Assembly (NCBI GenBank): GCA_028826165.1
Contig: JAPDFW010000044.1
Span: 1-64,000 of the forward strand
DNA length: 64,000 bases
Reading direction: 5' to 3'
DNA from: Anaeramoeba ignava BMAN
Taxonomy: Eukaryota > Protista > Anaeramoebae
Below the pieces are notes generated by a model, which ran no database searches, had not been told where the DNA came from, and worked only from the letters and a program-made list of their open reading frames with translations. The position numbers and the translations under genes were made by a program. Numbering within the stretch: the first letter of the stretch is position 1; every line of letters begins with the position of its first letter. Below are positions 50,775 to 64,000 of this stretch, in pieces.

Positions 50775-53700
50775 ATGAAAGAAAATTTTAAACGGAACAT
50801 AATAGAATCATCAGAAGATGAAGATGATCCAACAGAAAGTGTTTTATATCAAATACAAGAAGCAGAAAGAAGACAATGGGCAGAATTAATTTTATTTGAC
50901 ATACATTTAACATCATTACCATCTGAGATTAAGAACCTAACGCATCTTGAGATATTGAACATAAACAACAACCAACTGCCGACTATTCCAGTGGAAATAG
51001 GCTTTCTAACTGGACTCCAAGAACTTTACTGTGGAAATAACGCAATGCAATATATTCCAAATGAGATTGGAAACTTGCGATTTTTGCGCGAGCTTCATCT
51101 CCATCAAAACATGCTTAAAACTTTGCCTTCTTCAATCGGTAATCTGCTTAATTTAGAGTGTTTATATTTGTATGACAATCAACTCCCTTTTTTGCCAAAT
51201 GAAATTTGCAAGTTAACAAATCTCGTTAAATTGTCTTTGAACAAGAATTTGCTCAGTAAATTCCCTGCAGAAATCTCACAATTAACTCGCTTGAAAAAGT
51301 TATATTTGCAGAATAATAAGTTTCAACATTTACCCTTGGAAATTACAACTTTGACTTCGCTAGCTAAGTTTTATTTTGGTGGAAATAAAATCGAATTTAT
51401 TCCAAAAGAAATTGATTCTTTGGCAAAACTAAAGGGATTGTTTTTAAGTGGAAATATGATAAAAGAACTTCCTGATTCTATTGGGAATTTATCCAATTTA
51501 ATTGTAATTTCATTTATAATAATTATTTAATATTAATTTCATTTATAATTTATATTTATTTAATTATTTAATATTAATTTAATATTAATTTCATTTATAT
51601 TTTATAATTATTTAATTATTTATTTCCATTTTTATTAGGAATTGGGTCTCAATGATAATAAGTTACAAAAAATACCACATTCTTTAGGAAATTTATCTAA
51701 TCTTACTGAAATGGATTTATCTGATAATCAACTTGAAACTTTACCTTCTTCAATCGGAAATTTAACAAGTCTTAAAATTCTTTATATTTCTCGAAATATT
51801 CTTTCATCTTTACCTTTAGAACTTGCTAAACTTGCTAAATTGACTGTATTTTTTTTATCATCATTTCTTGTTCTCTTAAAATTTTATATTTATTTTGTAT
51901 TTCTTTATTTCCTGAATTGAAGAAATTAAATTTAAGTGGAAATGAATTAAGAGAAATTCCTCCTATTCTTGGAAATTTAACTCAATTAACTCTTTTAAAT
52001 ATTCGTGATAATCCTTTATTGGATATATCTCAAGAAATTATTTCTTCTGGAACAAGAAAAATTTTAGCTCATTTACGTTCTTTAATTCCTGGTTTGTTAT
52101 TTTTCTTTTTGTTTCTTGATTTTTTGGATTAAAATTTTTTTCTTCTTCTTTTTTTAGAGGAAACTGATCCTACAAAATGTGAAGCTTTTGGTGAAGGTTT
52201 ATGGGTTGCTGTTGCTGGAATGAAAGCTGTTTTTATGATTCATGCACGTGATAAAAATGGTTCTTTAAGAACAACAGGTAAAATTTAAAATCAAAATTAA
52301 AATCAAAATCAAAATTAAAATCAAAATTAAAATCAAAATCAAAATCAAAATTAAAATCAAAATTAAAATTAAAATCAAAATCAAAATTAAAATTAAAATC
52401 AAAATCAAAATGAAAATCAAAATTAAAATCAAATTCAAAATTAAAATCAAAATTAAAATCAAAATTAAAATTAAAATCAAAATCAAAATTAAAATTAAAA
52501 TCAAAATCAAAATTAAAATTTAAATTAAAATTAAAATCAAAATTAAAATCAAAATCAAAATTAAAATTAAAATTAAAATTAAAATTGAAATTAAAATTAA
52601 AATTCAAATATAAAATTAAAATTAAAATCAAAATTCAAAATCAAAATCAAAATTAAAATTAAAATTAAAATTAAAATTAAAATTAAAATTAAAATTAAAA
52701 TTAAAATTAAAATTAAAATTAAAATTAAAATTAAAATTAAAATTAAAATTAAAATTAAAATCAAAATTAAAATCAAAATTAAAATTAAAATTAAAATTAA
52801 AATTAAAAATTAAAATTAAAATTAAAATCAAAAATTAAAATTAAAATTAAAATCAAAATCAAAATCAAAATCAAAATCAAAATTAAAATCAAAAATTAAA
52901 ATTAAAAATTAAAATTAAATTCAAAATTAAATTCAAAATTAAAATTAAAATTAAAATTAAAATCAAAATTAAAATCAAAATTAAAATTAAAATTAAAATC
53001 AAAAATCTAAATTAAAATCAAATTCAAAATTCAAATTAAAATTAAAATTAAAATTAAAATGAAAATTAAAATCAAAATTAAATTTTAAGGAGGAGATCGT
53101 TTCCAAGTATCTCTCCGAAATAAAGAATTTGAAATAATTGCACAAGTTACTGATAATTCAAATGGAACTTATAGTGTATCTTATATTGCAACTAAAAAAG
53201 GAGAATATCTCATTTCAGTAGTATTAGATGGAACACACATATCTGGATCTCCATTTACTTCTAGTGTAGAATCTGGACAAATTGAACCTGCAAATTGTTA
53301 TGTTTCTGGTCCAGGAATTAATTCAGGAATTGTATCTCAATCTTCTGTATTTATTATTCATGCTAGAGATAAATTTGGTAATCCTGCTGGCGATTCTCAA
53401 AAAAATGGTTTTATGCTTCAAAGATCAACATTTAGAATATCTTCTTTTCAATCTGTATGATTTATTTTATCCAAAAATTCATTTATTAAAATTAAAATTT
53501 ATTTATTAAAATTAATATTCATTTATAAAATTAAAATTCATTTATAAAATTAATATCAAAATTAAAATTAAAATTAAAATTAAAATTCATTTATAAAATT
53601 AAAATTCATTTATAAAATTAATATCAAAATTTATAAATATTTTAAAGAAAAAAATTGATACATTTCTTGTTGAATTAAATGGACCAACTAGAGTATATGG

Positions 53701-56700
53701 AGAAGTAACAGAAACAAATAAAGAAGGACAATTTCAAGTAGTATATATAATACATGAACCAGGAGTTTATACACTTTCAATTACTGTTAATGGAGTTCAT
53801 GTTTCAAACTCTCCATTAACAGTTTCTTTTGAATATGGTATAGCATCTATTAAAATTGCAAAAAAAAAAAGAAGATAAAAAAGCAATAATTTTTCAAGTT
53901 AATCATGAATAATTTTTCTCAAATTTTTTTTAATAGCTTCTCCACAAAGTGAAGATAATGATTTTGTTAGTGTTTTTAAATTACTTAATGAAGTTTCAAG
54001 TCTTAGAAGTAGAATGCATTTTATGGAAGAAATTGATCAATTTGGAGTTCGTTTACAACAAGAACTTGAATGTCTTTCTGAATATAGAGAAGATTTAAAA
54101 AGATTACATGTTGGAAAAGCACTTTCTGGTCCAAAAAGATTATTTGATAAAATTCGAGATATACAAGAAAAAGTAATTCAAAAAAATAAAATTTTTTTTT
54201 TGTTCCACTTTTTTTTTTTTTTAAAATTCAAAAAAATTTGATAATTTAATTAAATTTTTTTTTTAGATTCGAATTGAAGTTTCAACAGGAAATTATGATG
54301 GATTTAAATCATTACTTCCAATGAGAGATGGTTTAAGATCTGAATGTCGTCAAACATTAAAATCTCTACTTGAGAAATTAGATCGTTTATCCAAAGTTCA
54401 AGAAGAAAGATCAGATTATCTTGAACAAGCTATTCCAGAACTTCGACGATTACTTGAATTATCGCTTACAGTACAAAAATCATATGAAAATGGACCACCT
54501 ATTGAAAAGGTATTATTTTATAAAATTAAAATTAAAATTAAAATTCATTTATAAATTTAAAATTAAAATTAAAATTCTTTCTTAAAAAGGCAGTGTCAAA
54601 TTATTGGCAATGGAGACAACATATATCTTCAACAATGAGTAATGTAATCACAAGAACAGATAGACTTCTAGGGCAATTAATAGAGAACCTCAAATCAGAA
54701 AAAAAAGTATTAGTATCAGAAAGTCCACTTATAGAAAAAGGAGAAAAAATGTCAGGTCAATTAATTTTTTCATCACAAAGATTTTTGGAAAGTTTAGTAC
54801 AAGAAAGACCACTTCACGAACATCAACATACAATGGAAATACGACGACAATATAACAGTATGTATCGAGAACTAGAAAAAGTGGAACGAGAAAGAGTTGA
54901 GATTGAGAGACTCAAAAATTTAGCAAAAAATCTTAATATCCAAAAAAGACAAAAGCAAGAAGAACTTATTGATATGGAAGCAAAATTGAAACGATTAATT
55001 TTGAATGAAGCCAAATTAACGGAAATCACGCGGGTTAAAAGACAAATTAATGAAATACAAGAAAAGGTTGCACAAAAAACATTTGAATTGGAGCAAATAT
55101 TGGGAAGAATGTATGCACTTGCAAATGAGCATCCTGAACTTGTTTTTGATGGAGCATTTGATATTTATCGCAAAAAGAAAAAAAGAGGAGTCAATGCAGT
55201 GGATCGCAAGTTCAGTGATTATGAAAGAGTAAAAGTACTTGGACACGGTCGCCATCGTGTTTTCTTAATGAAATATCAAGGCGAATATTGTGTTTTAAAG
55301 GAGTTTCTTGTTGCAGATGATAAATCTGTGAAACAATTCGAGCGAGAAGTGAGTCTTATTGAAAGACTGGAAAATCCGCAGATAATTTCTTTTAACTGCA
55401 CTTTTTATGACCATTCGCGTCTTCTTGCTTATATTTCTATGCCTTATTTTGAGCAAGGTTCTGTTCGTGATTGGCTGAAAAATCACAATCCAACACCATC
55501 AAAAATTCTTACAGTTTTTAGGCAAATTTTGCAAGCTGTTGATTATTTGCACGAGCATGGTGTTATTCACCGAGATTTAAAGCTTGAAAATGTTCTCATG
55601 TCAAGTGATGGTCGTCCTGTTATTTCTGATTTTGGATTTAGTCAGGATACTTTTGTTACGATTAATGGAACTTCTTCTATTCATTCTACTGGCGAGTCAA
55701 GAAGTAGTGGGATAGTTGGCACTCAGGGTTATATGGCTCCTGAGGTTATTGAGGGGAAAAAGGGAACAGCAAAATCTGATATGTGGTATGTTTACAAATT
55801 TATTTTATTTATTTATTTAATAATTTTTTATCCGATTTTAAATTTATTTTATTTATTTGAAAAATTGAAAAATTGAAAAATTGAAAAAAGGTCCTTTGGG
55901 GTTATGCTTTATGAAGCAAACTACAAACAACTCCCGCCATCAGTTCTCCCACAAAAAATATCATTTGCAAACGAAAGAGAACGTAGATTCTGGGATTTAA
56001 TTGAAAAACTGTTAGCACAAGATCCAGAAAAACGACCAACAGCAAAAAAAGCGGTATTTCATCCGTATTTCACAACATCATTAATAAGCGACACACATTC
56101 AAACACAAAAATGATAGAAAGCGAAAAAAAACTATCTTCACTTCGCGAGCATCTTGAATCAATAAGGGAGCAGTGGAAGAGCAAACCACCGCTCGAAATT
56201 AACATTAGAAGAACAGAAGGATTTGTTGCTGAGAAGTTACTTAACGATTTTTCGCCTTCAAACCTTCGAAATGAGGAGCTTTTCCGGCCTTTAAAAGTCA
56301 CCTTTGTTGAGGAAGAAGACACAAACGATAAAGGTGGATTAACAACAAAAATGTACAAGTTGTTATTCGAGCAAATCACAGCGCCCGAACTTGAGCTTTT
56401 CGAGTTTAAAAGCGCAGGAAGTTTTCTCCCCAAACAAGTCCCTAAAACAACCGAGTTTGCGAAGATAGCACGAGAGCCGCAACAACCTCCGCGCGAAATG
56501 AATACAAACCAACCAATCCAGACAATATATAACACAAACTCGGAAGATGAAGTTTTTTCAAACGTTAACGCAAAAGAAATTATCAAAAAATTTAATAGCA
56601 AGGTTGTGGCGAATCGAAAATCAACAACCACAACAACATCTCCCACAAATAGCAAGCCTAAAGAAAAAATCATAACGTCTCCAGTAGTTCATAAAACCCC

Positions 56701-57793
56701 AATTGCACGTGAAACACGCAGAAACAGCGGGAATATTGCAAACCCCAGTGAGAGCGCAATTTCCCGACAAGAAAAGTTTATGGCGTTCGGAAGATTAATG
56801 GTAAAATCCATGATCGACGGACGCACAGGCCCCATTTACATGGCACCATCGTTTTTTAAATATCTCTTGAATATTTCCCCAACACTTTCCGATCTCGGGG
56901 CATATGATCCTAAAATTGCGCTTTCTCTCCACAATATTCTTTCCCGACAAATCACCAAACAGGATGGGATCATTGTCGGTTCGTTTCTCAAGAACGAGGA
57001 CCAGACCCTGATTGAGGAGGCGAACAAACATCAGTGCATTCTTCGGATCATCGAGCACATTCTTATCGGGTCACGGAAGAACGAACTCGAGTGGATCAAG
57101 CAGGGTTTCTATTCCGTCGATCTTTCCCAGTTTTTGAGTGAGTTTTCAGAGACAGATCTTATTCTCTCAATGTGTGAGAACGAGCAGATCAACTCCAATC
57201 TCGTTTGGAGCAAAATAGTCTTCACAAAAGAATGGACAGAAACATCCTTACCTTCCCCAGTTCCCCAATATCTGCGCGAGTTTCTCGACCAATTGTCTCC
57301 AAATGATCTCCGCAGATTTCTTCGTTTCACAACTTTTTTCTGCGACACTTCAAATGCCATTTTCCCGATAAATTCCGCAGATAACGAACCAGATCCAAAC
57401 AACATTTCAACTCGATCTTTGAGTCTCCAAAATTTTCATCAAAAAGAAAATACAAAATTTTCGCTTAGCGAAGTTTCCAAAGAGCAATCCGTTATAAATC
57501 AACAACAACAAACCCCTCCAGACCCCACTATGATCCATTCAATATCCCTTGTAAGACCCCAAAGAGCAAAGCCTCTTCAGCAAAGAAGGCCTAAACATAC
57601 AAAGCAAAGTATCGGTACAAAGAGAAAAAAAATTGATTCCTTGAGGCATAGATCTATTACTGTTATAAAAGCTCCTCCAACTACAAAAATTCCTATCGCT
57701 TTTCCTCTTGTTGCTGAACTGCAACTTCCTGATTATCAATCTTTTAATGAACTTAGAGATAATTTGATTGAGGCTATTGCATCAATTTTATGA
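50775..57793 (+). CDS. LRR - 2x filamin(Ig) - coiled coil - Ser/Thr kinase - degenerate HECT protein; exons 50775-51503, 51639-51845, 51923-52091, 52158-52277, 53090-53454, 53648-53837, 53937-54172, 54267-54509, 54590-55785, 55891-57793
   Basis: LPxxIGNL-type LRRs. Filamin motifs DPTKCEAFGEGL..IHARDKNG..GGDRF..DNSNGTYSVSY..HISGSPF. Kinase VLK, HRDLKLEN, DFG, GTQGYMAPE. HECT-like LKVTFVEEEDTNDKGGLT, FGRLMVKSM, FLRFTT, LQLPDYQS. All nine introns are GT-AG and phase-compatible. Confidence 0.88.
52281..53087. repeat. Intronic (AAAATT/AAAATC)n satellite
   Basis: Fills intron 52278-53089. Confidence 0.92.
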
Positions 57794-57992
57794 AAAGCAG
57801 ATTGAAATTTTTTACTTTTTTTCTTTTTTCTTTTCTTTTTGAATGTATAGAAAAAAATTTATAAAAAAAAAATAGAAAGCCCAAAAACCAAATTAACTTT
57901 TAATTTTCTTTTTAAATTTTATTCCACTTTTTTATTTTTCTTTTTAAATTTTATTCCACTTTTTTCTTTTTAAATTTTCTTTTTAAATTTTA

Positions 57993-60292
57993 TTAAATTC
58001 TTTTATAAAAAAGCATATAAGATGCAGAAGTAATTATTGATTCTTCATTCACATAATTCACTTTTTCATCATCAAAATGAAACCATTTTCCTTCATCTCC
58101 TTTACAATAACAAGTATAATGTCCATTAAAAGAAGTTCCATGATGATTTAAAACTGCATAAATTTCATACAAAAAATTTTCATTTTGAATTGAATTTAAT
58201 TGTAATTTGATTGGAAATTTAATAAAAGATTGAATTTTTGAAATGGAACTTTCTTGAATAGCAAAACGTTTTAAATGAAAAACAAGAATTTTAGGAAGTT
58301 CAAAAAATTGTATCATTTTAACTGCTTGTACAGATTTCCCACAAAAAGAACATCTCCATCCTTGATTATTACTTAAAGTTTCTGTTTCTAAAAATTCTTC
58401 AATACAATTTTCTAAAGTAAAATCTTTCTTTTTTTGATTTGTTGATTTGAATAATTTATATGATGAACTTTCAATTATTTCTTTCGATTCATCAACAATA
58501 TTTGTTGAAATATTTGAATTCCAAATAATGTTAATTTTTGATTTCTTTGTAATTTCAATTTTTGTATTTTTATCATTAAAATCATCAATTATTGTCGTTA
58601 TTCCTTTTTGATAATCTTTTTCTTGATAAATTGATAATTTAAAAAGGTTTTGATTTTGATTTTGATTTTGATTTTGAATTTGATTTTGATTTTCATTTTC
58701 AATTTCAATTTGATTTTGATTTTGATTTTGATTTTGATTTTGAATTTCATTTTCATTTTCATTTTCATTTTCATTTTGATTTTGATTTTCATTTTCATTT
58801 TGATTTTGATTTAGATTTTTATTTTGATTTTGATTTTGATTTTGATTTTGATTTTGATTTTGATTTTTTGATTTTGATTTTGATTTTGATTTTTATTTTG
58901 ATTTTGATTTAGATTTTGATTTGATTTTGATTTTGATTTTGATTTTCATTTTGATTTTGATTTTCAATTTGATTTTGATTTTGATTTTGATTTTGATTTT
59001 GATTTTGATTTTGATTTTGATTTTGATTTTGATTTTGATTTTTATTTTGATTTTCATTTTGATTTTGGTTTTGATTTTGATTTTGATTTTCATTTTCATT
59101 TTCATTTTCATTTTGATTTTGATTTTGATTTTGAATTTCATTTTCATTTTCATTTTGATTTTCATTAAAATTGATTTGCTCTTGAACAAATCCTAAAATC
59201 TTGGTCTTTAAATTTTCTAATGTACCAACTGTTTCAGAAAAATAAATCAAAAAAGGAAAACCAAACTTGATTTCAAAATCAAAAAACAAATTTCCAAACT
59301 TTCTTTTAACAGTTTTTTTCTGGATAATTTGAATCCATTTTGAAGGATCTTGAATATATTTTTCAGTAACACTTTGATTTGGATCATCAATAAATATTTC
59401 ATAAGCAACTAAATAATCTTGATTCGTAACTGAATTCAATTGATTAGATTCAGTAATAACTTGATAAATTTCATGATTATTAACTTCAACAAGTAATAAT
59501 GAATTAAAATTAATTTGGGATTGAATTGATAATTCTAAAAGTAAATCTTGCAATCCAAATTCTTTTTGTGATTTAACCCAATATTGAGTGGGTTTTTTAT
59601 TTTTATCTTTGAAAACAACAATAATTGAAAAATCCCAACTTGTTATATCTGAAAGTGATAATGTTACCCATAAATAGGGATCAATTAATTCCAATTCACT
59701 TTGACATTCAGGACAAAATATTTGAGTTCTAATTGTTCCGTTAAAAAGTTCTTCAATTAGTGAATTTTTTGCCAGTTCAGAATTTTCTTTTAATTTTTCT
59801 TTTAATTTTCCTCTTTTTTTTAAACTTTCAATTCCTTCTGAAAAATAATCTAAAAAAAATGATAAAAATTCTTGTCCATCTTGTTGAGAATCACCATCAA
59901 AACTTGGGACTAATTTCCCAAAAATTTCTTTTAGTTTTTTTCCTGAAACTGTTTTTCCTTCTGAACTTAAAATCTAATTGAAAATAATTTATGAAATTAT
60001 AAATCCAAAAAAAAAAAGTGGAACAAATTTATTTTTTAAAATGAAAAAATTCGGAAAAATTAATTTTTCTTCTTTTTTGTTTAAAATAATTATTATTTAC
60101 ATTTGAAACAATATTAGAATATTCAATAACAAGAGATTCTGTTAAATTTTCAGGTTCAATATCTTTTGGAATATAATTTTCAATAAAAAAAGAAAGAGGT
60201 TTTGTTCGAATAAGACATTGTAAAGAACTATTCATATAACAATTTCCATCAACATTAACAAATCTACCTTGTTTTTCTTCAATTTTTTGCAT
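57993..60292 (-). CDS. Ubiquitin-specific protease (USP/UBP, USP4/15-like split catalytic domain); intron 59974-60100; frame breaks inside the NQ tract ~58810-58920
   Basis: Cys box NVDGNCYMNSSLQCL, QQDGQEFL, CPEC and CSFC zinc ribbon, LPKILVFHLKRF, His box HHGTSFNGHYT..WFHFDD. Confidence 0.88.
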
Positions 60293-60497
60293 AATTTTCT
60301 ATTTAGAAAGAAAGAAAAATGAAAAAGAAAAAAATGAAAAAATTTTTTTGGATTTTGATTTTAATTTTTAATTTTAATTTTGATTTTGATTTTGATTTAA
60401 ATTTTGATTTTAATTTTGATTTTAATTTTAATTTTAATTTTAATTTCAATTTTAATTTTCATTTTTTTTCTTTCATTTTTTTTCTTTCGTTTTTAAA

Positions 60498-62977
60498 ATG
60501 AATTTTTCAATTAAATTTTTTGGAATTTTAATTTTATTAATTTCAACAATTAGAAGTCAATTCATAGGGATTGAATTAGAAAAAGTAAAAGAATTAAGAT
60601 TTCAACAGAATATATACACAAATTCAAGAAGAACAATACCAATTCCACAATTAAATTGCGAACCTGAATTAGGGAATGCAGGATGTCCACCTGAGTTTTT
60701 ACCTCAAAAAATTATTTGTCAAAATAGTGGTTTTGATATAAATGGAGTTGTTTGGACTTGCTCTGCTAATATAGACTCAAGAATAGAATTTTCTGAGTTT
60801 TTTGTTGAATGTGAAGGTTTTAATTTTCCTGGTGATTCAAAAGTTTTACAAGGAAGTTGTGGCTTAACTTTTGGTTTTAATTGGGTTTGTTGATTACTAT
60901 TTTAGATTTAAATATTTGATTTAAATAATTGATTTAAATATTTGATTTAAATAATTAATTTAAATAATTGATTTAAATATATTTGATTTAAATATTAATT
61001 TAAATAATTGATTTAAATAATTGATTTAAATATTAGATTTAAATAATTAATTTAAATAATTGATTTAAATATATTTGATTTAAATATTTGATTTAAATAT
61101 TTGATTTAAATAATTGATTTAAATATTTGATTTAAATATTGGATTTGATTTAAATATTTGATTTTTAAATAATTGATTTAAATATTTGATTTTAAATAAT
61201 TGATTTAAATATTTGATTTAAATAATTAATTTAAAATATTTGATTTTAAATAATTGATTTTAAATATTTGATTTTAAATAATTGATTTAAATAATTTGAT
61301 TTTAAATATTTAAATATTTGATTTTAAATATTTGAGGATTTAAATATTTAATTTAAATAATTGATTTAAATATTGATTTAAATATTTGATTTAAATATTT
61401 TAATTGATTTAAATATTTGATTTAAATATTTGATTTAAATATTAGATTTAAATATTGGATTTAAATACTTATTTTAAATATTTGATTTAAATAATTGATT
61501 TGTTTAAATATTTGATTTTAAATATTTATTTTTATTTGATTTAAATAATTATTTTTATTTGATTTAAATATTTGATTTAAATATTTGATTTAAATATTTG
61601 ATTTAAATATTTGATTTAAATAATTGATTTAAATATTAGATTTAAATATTTGATTTAAATATTTGATTTAAATATTTGATTTAAATATTTAATTTAAATA
61701 ATTGATTTAAATATTTAATTTAAATATTGGATTTAAATATTTATTTTTATTAGATTTAAATAATTGATTTAAATATTTGATTTAAATATTTGATTTAAAT
61801 ATTTGATTTAAATAATTGATTTAAATATTGGATTTAAATAATTGATTTAAATATTTGATTTAAATATTTATTTTTATTTGATTTAAATATTTGATTTAAA
61901 TATTTGTTTTAAAGGTTCATCAAGTTGATTTCGATGGTGGAATCATTGAAGACCAAACTACTCATCTCGAAATTGGTAAAAAAGTATATTTTTCTTCTCA
62001 AAAACAAACTACTTCAATCAATACAGAAAGAGTTCCACAAATGAATTGTATTGGAGGATCTTCATATTGTGATCCACATTTCCTTCCAAAACAAGCAGAT
62101 TGTGAAATAAGTTCTTTTGATTATATACATTCAACTTTTATTTGGGATTGCCAAGCTGAAGTTGATAAACACTTAAAACTTGGAAAAGCCTTTGTTTCAT
62201 GTGAAGGATTTAGAGGACCAAATGATGAATATGTGTTAAAAGATAGTTGTGCATTTTATTATGAATTAGATTACAAAGATGTAAATTCGATAATCCAAAA
62301 AAAAAATTGTTCTCACTTTTTGTTCTCATTTTTAAATTATTTTTTTCTCTAATAAGAATAATATAGGAATCATTCAAAAAACTCCTTATCTTTCATTTAA
62401 ATCTCAATTATTAACAAAATCATCAAGTGGAAATTCAGTTGATCAACTTCAATGCAAAGGACAATGCCCAATTAATAAACTTCCTACAACCGTTAGTTGC
62501 TACAATCTCAACCACCAAAAACAAGATGCAGAAAACACAAATTGGTATTGCGAAGGGGATACTGGTTCAGGATATGTGATTGATAAATCAAGAGTTCATT
62601 GTAATCCAATTGAAAATTTATTTACTGAATTTTCTTCTTGTTATCTTGAATATCGTTTGGTTGTTTTTGATCAAAATTTTGATGGAGAAAACCGAGAATA
62701 TCATCAACAAAGATTCGGTTCATTTGATACAAAACAACCGGATTCAGGAATTGGATCACTTTTGTTCATTTTGATTTTTTTTGGAATTTTGATTTTTTGT
62801 TGTTGGAAATTTTCATCAAAAAAGGGATCAATAGTTCATCTTAAACCAAAACAATCTGATATTGAAACCCCAATTCAAAGAACAACAAATTCTCAAACAA
62901 CTGCTCAAACTTTTAATAGGACTGAATTTTCTGATCAAAAATTAGTAGTAAAAAAAGCACGAACAATTGTTAAATGA
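60498..62977 (+). CDS. SARAF/TMEM66-like type I membrane protein with three tandem lumenal domains; exons 60498-60884, 61915-62280, 62357-62977
   Basis: Signal peptide; three repeats of T..R...PQLxC...C...P..xxC...W.C...V.CEG...VL.GSC.L.Y.L (the third is more divergent); one TM helix. Confidence 0.82.
60900..61905. repeat. Intronic 13-bp satellite (TTTAAATATTTGA / TTTAAATAATTGA)n
   Basis: Fills intron 60885-61914. Confidence 0.93.
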
Positions 62978-63144
62978 TTTTTTATTATTTTTTTTAAAAA
63001 ATTCCAAATCAAAAAAATTAAAAAGCAAAAGCAAATCAAATAAAAGAAATTCTTACTTTTTATTTTCTTTCTTTTTTTCAAAATTATTTTTTCATTTTTC
63101 ATTTTTTTCATTTTTCATTTTTCTCATTTTTCTTACTTCTTAAA

Positions 63145-63844
63145 ATGCCAAAACGAAGTAAAAGTAAATTTAAAAATAAAAATTAAAATAATTAAAATAA
63201 AAATAAGAATTAAGAACAAAAATTAAAATAATTTTATTCATTTTAGGTCAATTTATTGCAAGCTTCATATTATCAATTATTGTAATTTGTGCAGTTATTA
63301 TTCCTTGTTTGGTTGTTTCTTATCCAGATAAAGATAAAGTAAACAAAAAAAAATTTTTCTAATAAATAAATTAAAAAAATAAAATAATAAAAATAATAAA
63401 AAAGGATTGTGATAAAAAACTTTGGACTTGGATTTTAGTTGCTAATATTACATTTGGTGTTTTTTATTTCCTTCAATCTTTTACTACTCTTTTTGGAGAA
63501 TTTGGAGTTGTGCTTATTGGTTTATTACAAATACTTTCAATAATATTTTTTATAGTTTGGGGAATAATTGGGTTAGTTTGGTCAAAATCTTCAGGAATTG
63601 TAAATAATTTTATTAATTAAAAATTAAAAAAAAGTAAATAAAAAAGTTCTTATTTCTTTTTTTCTTTCTTAAAATTTATATTTAATAGGAAGAACAATGT
63701 GGTAAACTTTATAATGTTACTTTTGGTGAATCTATTTTCTTTATTATTTTTTCTTGTCTTTTTTGTTTTATTTTTACTTTCCTTATAATTTGTTTTTTTC
63801 AAGGATTAAAAGATTTAAATGGATTATCTTTTACAGGATATTAA
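63145..63844 (+). CDS. Small four-TM protein (CDKKLWTW...WGIIGLVW...C.KLY pattern); 4 exons (63145-~63163, 63247-63338, 63405-63599, 63689-63844)
   Basis: GT-AG joins give a continuous frame with four hydrophobic helices and paired loop cysteines. Not in the ORF track. The first donor is ambiguous between two in-phase GTs. Confidence 0.75.
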
Positions 63845-64000
63845 CAATTAACAATTAAAAATTAAAAATTAACAATTAAAAATTAAAATTTCGATCAAAA
63901 ATTTTTTTCTTATTTTTATTTTTTTTAATTCATTTTTTTTTTCATTTTCCCCAATTTATTCCAATTATTCAATTTTTTTTTTATGAAATTGAAATGGGAA

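Noticed and set aside
56430-57660. Inteins as the insertions in the HECT-like domain
   Set aside because: The insertions are low-complexity and lack Cys/Ser-start and His-Asn-end splicing motifs.

Overview
Extremely AT-rich eukaryotic (protist) genomic DNA with about 19 protein-coding genes and GT-AG spliceosomal introns. No prokaryotic features, RNA genes or CRISPR arrays were seen. Poly-NQ/NE tracts, the RCC1-BTB expansion and 'MLS...' organellar presequences suggest an anaerobic metamonad such as Anaeramoeba (inference). Left end: a surface FG-GAP/FN3 protein, then a Ras-like pseudo-GTPase-BTB-BTB-CAAX gene head-to-head with four tandem RCC1-BTB-BTB genes that have hypervariable propeller loops. 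Middle and right: TVP23, acetyl-CoA synthetase, an aspartate-aminotransferase-family enzyme with altered specificity residues, a SANT protein, a catalytically dead Zator-like transposase-derived gene, a DH-PH RhoGEF, Cpn60, RabGGTase alpha, ARPC4, a LIM protein, an LRR-filamin-kinase-pseudoHECT protein, a USP, a triple-domain SARAF and a small 4-TM protein. Many introns are inflated to 0.5-3.4 kb by intron-specific AT satellites. One of them hosts a 965-bp TIR element with a 3-bp target-site duplication. Exon structures were assembled by hand from splice dinucleotides and reading-frame continuity. Several single-base frameshifts sit in homopolymers and are probably sequencing errors.
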